From Chlamydiales bacterium (GTDB lineage Bacteria; Chlamydiota; Chlamydiia; Chlamydiales; JAAZZY01): 64,000 nt of DNA. The DNA lies in the NCBI GenBank assembly GCA_965206695.1, contig CBDBKM010000005.1, positions 64,001 to 128,000 on the forward strand, in the 5' to 3' direction. The notes under the pieces were generated by a model. The model worked only from the letters and a program-made list of their open reading frames with translations. It was not told where the DNA came from and made no database searches. Position 1 is the first letter of the stretch, and the number at the start of each line of letters is the position of its first letter. Made by a program: the position numbers and the translations under genes. This document shows positions 55,736 to 64,000 of this stretch, one piece after another.

Positions 55736-57835
55736 TTATTCCTGATTGGGAGGATACATATGTTGGATACCCAAATCTTGAAAAAAAGCTTTTTGATCCG
55801 GTTCGCGACCCAAAAATGATCGTAACATACGATTAGGGTCTTCGCTTCCTCCTTTTCCGATAATTTCATTAACATATTTTTCCCCAACTTCCGGATTTAG
55901 CAATCCGTATCTTTTAATCTCTTGAAAAATATCTAATGCAAATACTTTTGACCAAAGATAACCGTAGTATCTAGATCCATAACCATCTAAATGACCGAAA
56001 GACAATTGAAAATGTGTATCTTTAGTATGTAGGTAATGAGGACAAATAGATTGTTTTAAATGACGAACGATTCCATCAGCATCTTTTGTTTCACCTTCTT
56101 TAAAATAATTCAAAGCAATCATTGAGTATAGGCATTGTCTTTGAACCCACATTCCCGAAGAATAATTTTTAGCAGCAAACATCTTATCAATGAGTTCATC
56201 CGGTAATGGTTTTTTAGTTTGATAATGCCCACTAAGCTTATGTAGAATATCTCTATCCCATAACCATTCTTCCAGAATCTGTGAAGGTAGTTCAACAAAA
56301 TCTCTTTTGACCCGCGTACCGCATGTTTGAATCATCTTAGTACGTCCTAAAACATCATGAATGGCATGGCCGAATTCATGAAAGAAAGTCTGCACTTCTC
56401 TATGTTCTAATAATGAAGGCCTATCACTCGTCGCTTTAGGAAAGTTCATTATTAATAAACTAACAGCAGGATAATCCCTTCCATCCAAACCTTTTAATGC
56501 AGGAATAAGTGGACAATCACAAGCATGCGAATATTTACTCTCCCTTGGAAAGAGATCTAAAATAATAAAAGCTAAAAGTTTTAAATGATGATTTTCAATT
56601 TTTAGTAATCTGGCCTCATTATGCCACAGTTCTTTGATAGGCATTTCTGTAATTTTTAGATTAAAAAACTGTTCATATATTCCTATTAAGCCTCGAATCG
56701 TGACATCCATAGGGAAATATTGCGCTATCACTTCATCATCAAGATTATAATACTTCTTCTTATACCGGTCATGAATATAAGCCACATCCCAGGGTTTAAT
56801 TTTTTTTTCATTGGATAAGGTAACCCCATCAGGTAAATTCTTAGTGATGGAAATAAACTCTTCCTCTTCCTTGATCAAAGAATTTTTGATCAATCCATTT
56901 AAGAAAAGTTCTGCATTTTCCGGCGTTTGAACCATTTGTCTATTTAATTCATATTGAGCATAACTTTCATAACCAAGCTCTTTAGCTAAGCGATCTCTTT
57001 GAGAAATCATGTCATTTAAAATAGGTACATTTTGTGGATAGGCTCGATTAGAAAACATCTCATAAAGTTTTCTTCTCGTCTCTTCTATGACACAAGTACT
57101 CATTATCGGGATATATACCGGATAATCACAGGTCACTTTATACAAACCCTGATCATCTCTTGACAGGACGTTCAAGAGATCCGGATTTACGCCTGATAAT
57201 GCGTTTTCAGATACAAATATAAAACGATTATCATCACGAATATTTTTACTAAAAGACTGTGATAACTTTGTTAATTTTTGCAGGATTTGTTTGACTTTTT
57301 CTCTTTTTTCTACCTCTAATGCTAACCCAAAGTCCTCAAAATCGCTGATTAATTCAGTTAAATAATACCATTGCTGATCGGTCAAAGAATACTGTTCATT
57401 TTCGGCTTTTAAAGTATAATTTTTAACCGTCCGATAAAGGATTTCATTATTAGAAATGCATTCGATATAAATCGCTTCCATTTCTTGAGAGATATTCGAT
57501 GCTTTTTCTCGCATTGCCTTTTCCGGACTAACCATACTAAGACTATGTAAAAGCGAAACTTGAATTTCCAGCGCTCCGGAAGCTCTATCCCACGCTATAA
57601 TCGTATTTTCAAAAGTTCTTTCATCTTCTTCGATAGCAAGAATGGATCGAATAGCAACTCGAAATTGGTTTAAGCTCTTATCTTTTCTCTCATCTATTTC
57701 CTTAATACTTTTAGGGAAAAGAGCGACTATATCTGCAGGGGTAGTGACATAAGGGACGGTTTCTTGAAATGAAAATAAAAGGGTAAAAGAATAAAGAAAA
57801 AAAAGAGTGCCAATGGTCACACCTCTCATAATCAT
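55736..57835 (-). CDS. M3-family (thimet-like) oligopeptidase with signal peptide
   Basis: LDLFPRESKYSHA, FHEFGH, DFVELPSQ.LEEW, FGHL, YYGYLWS, FLGREP. Confidence 0.93.
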   Translation of the reverse strand: MIMRGVTIGTLFFLYSFTLLFSFQETVPYVTTPADIVALFPKSIKEIDERKDKSLNQFRVAIRSILAIEEDERTFENTIIAWDRASGALEIQVSLLHSLSMVSPEKAMREKASNISQEMEAIYIECISNNEILYRTVKNYTLKAENEQYSLTDQQWYYLTELISDFEDFGLALEVEKREKVKQILQKLTKLSQSFSKNIRDDNRFIFVSENALSGVNPDLLNVLSRDDQGLYKVTCDYPVYIPIMSTCVIEETRRKLYEMFSNRAYPQNVPILNDMISQRDRLAKELGYESYAQYELNRQMVQTPENAELFLNGLIKNSLIKEEEEFISITKNLPDGVTLSNEKKIKPWDVAYIHDRYKKKYYNLDDEVIAQYFPMDVTIRGLIGIYEQFFNLKITEMPIKELWHNEARLLKIENHHLKLLAFIILDLFPRESKYSHACDCPLIPALKGLDGRDYPAVSLLIMNFPKATSDRPSLLEHREVQTFFHEFGHAIHDVLGRTKMIQTCGTRVKRDFVELPSQILEEWLWDRDILHKLSGHYQTKKPLPDELIDKMFAAKNYSSGMWVQRQCLYSMIALNYFKEGETKDADGIVRHLKQSICPHYLHTKDTHFQLSFGHLDGYGSRYYGYLWSKVFALDIFQEIKRYGLLNPEVGEKYVNEIIGKGGSEDPNRMLRSFLGREPDQKAFFQDLGIQHMYPPNQE

Positions 57836-57866
57836 CTCCTAATTAAATTTGAAAAAATTATTTTAT

Positions 57867-58449
57867 GACAATTAAACAAGAAAATCTTTTGCTTTAGCAT
57901 TAGGATGAAAGCGTCTATTTGTTTTTTTTGATTTTGGATATACTTCCTAATTGTATATTCATTTAGTTTTCCCACATTATCAACATACTACGATCTTATC
58001 CATAATGTAGGCAATCGAGATTTTAAACTTGAGAATGCTTGCCTTAACAAGCGACCGGTGTATCCTTTCAGTTGACCAATTGCAAACTGTGAAGATTGAG
58101 TGGGTTGAGTTTTGATAAATATATGTACATGGTCAGGCATAATAACCTCCATAGAGAGTTGATTGGCTTTCGCATTTTAATCACTTTCTTAGTCTTTTCT
58201 CAGTATTTTCTTAGTACACAACAATGCTCCATATGCCGGTACAATGTAGGAAAATTAGATTACGATATAAGATCTTGAAAATGCCCCAAATGCAATACTT
58301 TGCATGACAGAGACTTTAACGCAACCTATAATATAGACACCGAAGGGCAGTCGGTAATTTAAGCCTTTGGAGATCGTGTTAGACTAGCATTTGTTAGCAA
58401 TGATCGTTTGAATAAGGCATCCATTCTCTTTAGGGTTGGGAGCTGTTAA
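57867..58449 (+). mobile_element. Internally deleted IS605 element with both ends
   Basis: TTTAT|GACAA at 57862-57871; tnpA 3' half fused to tnpB 3' end; right end ...gagctgttaa. Confidence 0.88.
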
Positions 58450-58919
58450 GCTAATCGTTCTGATTGTAAACGTTCTATAGAGGCATTTTTTCTTCCTTCA
58501 GTATAGATAACGGCTTGATAAAACTTATATGACAACCAAAGCCAAAATATTCTACCAACAATACCAACAGAATCAACTAAGACTACCTTAATGTGCATTA
58601 CTAAAATAAACTGAGTTAGAATTTCAATACAAAGCCCTAAAAAGTATGGAACAGAGAGTAACAAAATACAATAGTATCTAAACTTTGCTGCAAAACAATT
58701 TCCTCTTACATAAGCATAATAAAGAGGTATTAATAAAAACATAGTTACTAATAAGAAGTTAAGAAAAACAAAAAGGTATTTATAATGAAAAAAAGCTTGA
58801 AATCCAAGCTTCATGAGATACGGTATGATTGTTCCAAAAGCATAAAGGACTGCAATTAACCAAATAATGGATGCTCCAAAATAAATATGTCTAACCCACT
58901 TAGCGTTTTTTAAAGTCAT
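58446..58919 (-). CDS. Hypothetical 4-TM membrane protein
   Basis: Four hydrophobic segments; G-rich RBS. Confidence 0.65.
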   Translation of the reverse strand: MTLKNAKWVRHIYFGASIIWLIAVLYAFGTIIPYLMKLGFQAFFHYKYLFVFLNFLLVTMFLLIPLYYAYVRGNCFAAKFRYYCILLLSVPYFLGLCIEILTQFILVMHIKVVLVDSVGIVGRIFWLWLSYKFYQAVIYTEGRKNASIERLQSERLA

Positions 58920-59055
58920 GAGATCCCCTTAAAATTTTCTTTTTATTCAAACTTGTTTAGTAAAATCTTTTTATTTGATATGCTAAAAGTTTCCATGTCA
59001 GTATATCAAATAAACTCTTTTTCAACCTACATAATTTCAATGAGGCTTACCTATT

Positions 59056-61719
59056 ATGAATGGAATTACTTTGCTAAACGAAACAAAACCTAAAAAGATT
59101 TTGTTAAAAGATTATAAGAAACCGAACTTTCTCATCCCATCATGTGAACTCTCATTCCAATTAGCTGATGAAAATACCATTGTTTCAAGCAAACTCAATA
59201 TTGTTCGTAATTCGGATGAAAACAACAAAAATGCTCCCCTTGTATTAAATGGGGAACATATGAAATTATTATCTGTTACTTTAGATGGAGTATTACTGGA
59301 TTCTTCAAAGTATGAAGTTGATAACAAATTCTTAACAATTCCGAATGTCCCAAATCAATTCTTATTAGAAATTTCTAACGAGATCAATCCAAAGAATAAT
59401 ACGGCTTTAGATGGCTTGTATAAATCGGGCGATATCTTTTGCACACAAAATGAGCCGCTTGGATTCAGACGCATCTCTTATTCTCTTGATCGTTCAGATG
59501 TTATGTCAAAATATACAACCACTGTTATTGCTGACAAAAAGCTCTATCCCATACTTCTTTCAAATGGTAATGCAATCGATCGAGGTGATTTAGATGACGG
59601 TAAGCATTTTGTAACTTGGAAAGACCCCTTTCCTAAACCCAGTTACCTTTTTGCTTTAGTAGCAGGCGACTTAGGAATGATACAAGATTCCTTTACGACC
59701 CGTTCCAAAAAGGAAGTGTCCTTGCAAATTTTTTGCGATAAAGGGAATGAAGAAAAATGTGGCCATGCTATGGAGTCATTAAAAAAGTCAATGAAGTGGG
59801 ATGAAGAGGTCTTTGGACTTGAATACGATCTTGATATTTTTATGATCGTGGCAGTCGATGCATTCAATATGGGAGCCATGGAAAATAAGGGCCTAAATAT
59901 ATTTAATACCGGCTGTATTTTGGCAAATCCGAAAACAGCTACAGATGCCAATTTTGAACGAATCGAAAAAGTTGTTGCTCATGAATACTTTCATAACTGG
60001 ACAGGCAATCGAGTAACATGTAGAGATTGGTTTCAGTTAACTTTAAAAGAAGGTCTTACTGTTTTTAGAGATCAAGAATTTTCAGCTGATATGAACGTTC
60101 GTTCAGTGCAGCGCATACAAGATGTCATAAATTTAAGATCCGAACAATTCCCGGAAGATGCAGGTCCCATGTCCCATCCTATTAAACCCGACTCCTATAT
60201 ACAGATTAATAATTTCTATACTTCAACTGTTTATTGTAAAGGGGCGGAAGTGATCAGAATGATCCACACGCTTATAGGCAAAGAGGCTTTTCGAAAAGGG
60301 ATCGATACCTATTTTGAACTCTACGACGGACAGGCGGTGACAACAGAAGACTTTGTTCATACAATGGAACTTGCTTCTAAAAAGGATTTATCCCTGTTTA
60401 AAAATTGGTATTCTCAATCAGGAACACCCTTAGTGACTATCCATTTTAATTATCATCATAAAAAGCAAACCTTAGAAATTACAGTTGAACAAAAATGTCC
60501 CCCTACACCGGATCAAAACACTAAACAGCCTTTCCATTTTCCTTTATCCATAGGCCTTTTAGATCAAAAAGGAAAGGATATGGCAATTCAGCTAAATGAA
60601 CAAAAAGGGACGACTATTTGTCTTAATGTGACACAGAAAAAAGAAATCTTTGAAATTTCAAATGTTTATGAACAGCCGATTGCATCAGTTAACAGAAATT
60701 TTTCTGCTCCCGTAAAAATTCAAGCTCCATATACTCGTAAAGATTATATGTTTCTAATGGCGCATGATAGTGATGATTTTAATCGTTTCGAAGCCTCCCG
60801 AGAACTTGCAAAATCGATTATGAATGAACTAATTGAAAAAGAAGAAGACAAAACCTTACTAAAAATAGATGAAGGTTATTTGGATACATTTAAGACCCTA
60901 TTGGAAAATAAGAATCTTGACCATGCACTAAAAGCTAAAGCGATGATCCTTCCCGATGAAGCTTCTCTGATAAATGAACAACAAGTCATTGACTTTCATG
61001 CAACTCATGAAGCTAGAGAGTTTGTCTATCGGCAAATTGCCCAAAAGTATCAAGATCAACTTCTTTCATTATATGAAGAATTGCATGACACCGGTGATTA
61101 TCGAATTGATCCCGAGTCTATTGGTAAAAGAAGTCTTAAAAACGCTTGTTTAAATTACTTGGTAAAAAGCAAAGAAAAACAAATGATCGCACTGGCTTTT
61201 AAACAATTTCAAGAAGCTAATAATATGACAGATGAGTTTGCTGCTCTTTTTATACTTGCCAACATAGACTGTGAAGAAAAGGATAAGGCTTTGGTTCTTT
61301 TCTATGACAAATGGAAAGAAGATACGTTAGTGATGAATAAATGGCTTGCTGTCCAAGCCATATCCAAGCTTTCCAATACTCTTGAAAGAGTTAGGTCTCT
61401 TATGTGCGATCCTATCTTTGATATCAGCATTCCTAATTTAGTCAAAGCTCTTCTCGGAAGCTTTATCAGTAATCTGATTGTATTCCATAATAAAAATGGC
61501 AAAGGCTATTCTTTCATTGCCGATAAAATTATTGAGCTCGATACTCTCAACCCGCAAATAGCCTCGGGACTTTGTAGTGCTTTTAAATATTACGCTAAAG
61601 TTGATGCGATGAGAAAAACGATGATGAATAAAGAAATGGTGAAAATTCTCGGAAAAAAGGATTTATCCAACAATGTTTACGAAATCATTTCGAAAACAAT
61701 TCATCCTGATGGAAGGTAA
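59056..61719 (+). CDS. pepN: Aminopeptidase N (M1)
   Basis: GAMENKGLNIFN, HEYFHNWTGNRVT, KEGLT, NNFYT. Confidence 0.97.
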   Translation: MNGITLLNETKPKKILLKDYKKPNFLIPSCELSFQLADENTIVSSKLNIVRNSDENNKNAPLVLNGEHMKLLSVTLDGVLLDSSKYEVDNKFLTIPNVPNQFLLEISNEINPKNNTALDGLYKSGDIFCTQNEPLGFRRISYSLDRSDVMSKYTTTVIADKKLYPILLSNGNAIDRGDLDDGKHFVTWKDPFPKPSYLFALVAGDLGMIQDSFTTRSKKEVSLQIFCDKGNEEKCGHAMESLKKSMKWDEEVFGLEYDLDIFMIVAVDAFNMGAMENKGLNIFNTGCILANPKTATDANFERIEKVVAHEYFHNWTGNRVTCRDWFQLTLKEGLTVFRDQEFSADMNVRSVQRIQDVINLRSEQFPEDAGPMSHPIKPDSYIQINNFYTSTVYCKGAEVIRMIHTLIGKEAFRKGIDTYFELYDGQAVTTEDFVHTMELASKKDLSLFKNWYSQSGTPLVTIHFNYHHKKQTLEITVEQKCPPTPDQNTKQPFHFPLSIGLLDQKGKDMAIQLNEQKGTTICLNVTQKKEIFEISNVYEQPIASVNRNFSAPVKIQAPYTRKDYMFLMAHDSDDFNRFEASRELAKSIMNELIEKEEDKTLLKIDEGYLDTFKTLLENKNLDHALKAKAMILPDEASLINEQQVIDFHATHEAREFVYRQIAQKYQDQLLSLYEELHDTGDYRIDPESIGKRSLKNACLNYLVKSKEKQMIALAFKQFQEANNMTDEFAALFILANIDCEEKDKALVLFYDKWKEDTLVMNKWLAVQAISKLSNTLERVRSLMCDPIFDISIPNLVKALLGSFISNLIVFHNKNGKGYSFIADKIIELDTLNPQIASGLCSAFKYYAKVDAMRKTMMNKEMVKILGKKDLSNNVYEIISKTIHPDGR

Positions 61720-61727
61720 GCTATTTT

Positions 61728-62939
61728 ATGGAAGAAAAAAAGAAGCACCCGCCGTTTAAAACATTTTTTCCCGGTGTTATTATGTTATCAACCGTTGGTT
61801 TTTTTGCAACCGACGCGTATATACCCTCTTTTCCATATATAGTAATAGACCTGGCCACTACTAAAAGCTTAGTACAGCTAACCCTTAGCTTCTATTTCTT
61901 ATCTTTTGCTCTTTCCCAAATTTATTATGGCCCTTTATCCGAAAAATATGGTCGCCGTAAGATTGCTGTTTTTGGAATACTTTTCAGTCTGGTAGGCAAT
62001 TTCGTATGTATATTTGCCCCGGATATTACTACATTAATTATTGGACGTTTTTTACAGGGACTTGCTTTCGGTGCAGGATCCACTGTATTTAGAGCTATTT
62101 TAAGAGATGCTTATTCCGGAAAAGAGCTCGCCTTTTATGGTTCCTTTATAGCAATAGGGACAGCATTCATGATGGCTATAGCACCGGCAATAGGAGGATA
62201 TATTCAACATTATTTCAACTGGAGAATCAACTTTGTAGCAGCTTTAATCTATAGCCTTATCACGCTTGTTTGGATATGGAAATGGCTTCCTGAAACAAAT
62301 GCGCATTTTAATCCGGATGCTATGAAAATTAAAACTTTTATAGGAAATTATCTTCATATTTTAAAAAACCCTATCTTTATTGGATATAGTTTTTGCTCCT
62401 GGCTTGCTTTAGCCGGAATTGAAGCTTTTTATGCCGTCAGTCCCTTTCTTTTAGAAGATGTGGTAGGATTAACTCCTATTCAATTTGGATGGCTTGCTTT
62501 CATAACCGGGGGAGGAATTGGTATAGGAGGAGTCCTGAATAGTTTTCTTGTAAAAGTAATTGGAAGGCATCGTATGTTACTTATAGGAATTGCCCTTGTT
62601 GTGCTATCCGGAGTCATAATGCTTCTATTCGGATATTTAGGCTACCTCAATACATATGTTGTTATGGGCCCAATACTCATCTATATGATAGGATCGGCTC
62701 CTATTTTTGCGGGTGCTTTTGCCGGGGCTTTTCAACCATTTGCTAAGATGGCCGGTTTTGCCGGGGCTTTGTATAGTGGCTTTCAAATGTTAGGTGGAGC
62801 AATCGTAACCGCTATTGTTTCGGGATTCCACACACAAAATCAAATTCCTTTGGGCTATATCCTTCTCATTCTTGGTATTCTTGCCTATTTCGCTCAGGTA
62901 GTAGCATTTCGTTATAGTAAAAAAGCAAATATGATATAA
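61728..62939 (+). CDS. Bcr/CflA-family MFS efflux transporter
   Basis: DAYIPSFP, GPLSEKYGRR, GRFLQG, LPET. Confidence 0.9.
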   Translation: MEEKKKHPPFKTFFPGVIMLSTVGFFATDAYIPSFPYIVIDLATTKSLVQLTLSFYFLSFALSQIYYGPLSEKYGRRKIAVFGILFSLVGNFVCIFAPDITTLIIGRFLQGLAFGAGSTVFRAILRDAYSGKELAFYGSFIAIGTAFMMAIAPAIGGYIQHYFNWRINFVAALIYSLITLVWIWKWLPETNAHFNPDAMKIKTFIGNYLHILKNPIFIGYSFCSWLALAGIEAFYAVSPFLLEDVVGLTPIQFGWLAFITGGGIGIGGVLNSFLVKVIGRHRMLLIGIALVVLSGVIMLLFGYLGYLNTYVVMGPILIYMIGSAPIFAGAFAGAFQPFAKMAGFAGALYSGFQMLGGAIVTAIVSGFHTQNQIPLGYILLILGILAYFAQVVAFRYSKKANMI

Positions 62940-62992
62940 GGTGTTATTTAACATGTTATGCTAGTCCTAATGCGTTAAATGAGTAAAAAAAA

Positions 62993-63032
62993 TCCCAATG
63001 CTAAAGATAAAGAGTTTTCTTGCTTAATTGTT
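62993..63032 (-). mobile_element. Eroded IS605 left end overlapping the PPTase stop codon
   Basis: tcccaatgctaaagataaagagttttcttgcttaattgtt-ataa aligns with the LE consensus. Confidence 0.7.
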
Positions 63033-63695
63033 ATAACAAATTGCTAGTGTATGTTCTTTTAGTTTGTTTGTAAAAACATAGATGTGATGACCATTTCCAT
63101 GAAGAATTACCTCTTCGGAATTCTTTACCGGTAATTTTTCCAGTAAGGGAATCTCATTAGTTTTAAAACCTGTCCCTAAAGCTTTTAATAAAGCTTCTTT
63201 AGCACACCAAAATTGATAGAAAGTATCTAATGGATCTTTAGAATTTAATATGTAATTTCTTTCTTTATCATGCAAAATAGACGATTTTATAAAGTTGTCA
63301 TAATCACGTCTCTTCTCAATATCAACACCAATTGAAAGTTCTGAATGAAAACCGATGAATGCATAGGCTTTAGTGTGTGACAAATTAAAATGTATGGGCA
63401 AGCCTTCAATAAAAGGCTTGCCGACGGGATTTAGCTTTATTTCAATTTGTAAGGGTAAGCAATCTAAAAGCTGCGCTAAATGAAATCTTAGAAGTGCATG
63501 AGTAATAATAGATTTATGCTGATGTTCTTCATACACATATTGCTGTGATCTATCTAAGGAAGCTTTATCTAGCAACTTTATCGCTTGTAAAACTTCATGT
63601 TTTTGAATCAACTTGAGATCAAGTAGATAAAAAATACCTTTATCAGAATGAAGAGAAAGAGGTTTTGATCGCTTAAGTAAATCGAATTGTTTCAT
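63024..63695 (-). CDS. Sfp-type 4'-phosphopantetheinyl transferase
   Basis: GKP, FNLSH, IGVDIE, FWCAKEALLKA.G.G. Confidence 0.93.
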   Translation of the reverse strand: MKQFDLLKRSKPLSLHSDKGIFYLLDLKLIQKHEVLQAIKLLDKASLDRSQQYVYEEHQHKSIITHALLRFHLAQLLDCLPLQIEIKLNPVGKPFIEGLPIHFNLSHTKAYAFIGFHSELSIGVDIEKRRDYDNFIKSSILHDKERNYILNSKDPLDTFYQFWCAKEALLKALGTGFKTNEIPLLEKLPVKNSEEVILHGNGHHIYVFTNKLKEHTLAICYNN

Positions 63696-63714
63696 TATAC
63701 ATATTTCTTTTATC

Positions 63715-64000
63715 TTAAGTCTCTAATTTTGAGTGCAGCTTAGTCTGATAATTTTTTAAATAAACATTTAATCGTTTAGCTAAATCAGTAATATTAGGTT
63801 GCATGAGCATACTGATATGATTACCTGCTACCTCATGATTTTCAATACTTCCTTCTATGAGATGATGCCAAGTAGATGAAACGGTAATATCCGCTATTGA
63901 AGATAATCTGTCCTCTGCCTCAAAAAATAGCACATCACCAAAATATTTTTTTGGCTTGTAGTTATCAAAGGCAAGCCAATGAACTTTCATCTTTTCAAAG
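63715..64000 (-). CDS. C-terminus of a thioesterase domain (probable NRPS/PKS end; extends beyond window)
   Basis: YKPKKYFGDVLFFEA...W...V.GNHISML.PN...LA. Confidence 0.75.
   Translation of the reverse strand, partial: FEKMKVHWLAFDNYKPKKYFGDVLFFEAEDRLSSIADITVSSTWHHLIEGSIENHEVAGNHISMLMQPNITDLAKRLNVYLKNYQTKLHSKLET

Overview
AT-rich window from an environmental member of the Chlamydiota, inferred from chlamydial gene orders (dxs-xseB-xseA / tpiA-secG-def; MreD-like-folD-apbE; rodZ-rnhC). Housekeeping genes are interspersed with a heavy, nested IS load: IS30, several IS630, IS5/ISL2-like, IS701-like, ISAs1, and about ten pieces of one IS200/IS605 tnpA/tnpB family with a TTTAT target and a TCAA right end. 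Accessory loci include a nonulosonic-acid cluster with a GNAT-NeuB fusion, a GH15-gnd-zwf-glk operon, gshAB, proBA, an LTA-synthase-like sulfatase, MgtC, peptidases, and the edge of a thioesterase/Sfp/Bcr secondary-metabolite cluster. The main observations are: (1) a window-wide CCGG excess, with apparent CTGG/CCAG-to-CCGG substitutions that suggest an HpaII-type methylase plus Vsr-like repair bias; (2) ORF-less IS605 derivatives that keep only the left end and the omegaRNA region, one of them carrying a roughly 300-nt multi-hairpin RNA; (3) a candidate effector with a tail dense in N-x-S/T sequons. Many frameshifts are single +1 homopolymer insertions and may be sequencing errors. No rRNA, tRNA or CRISPR array was seen.
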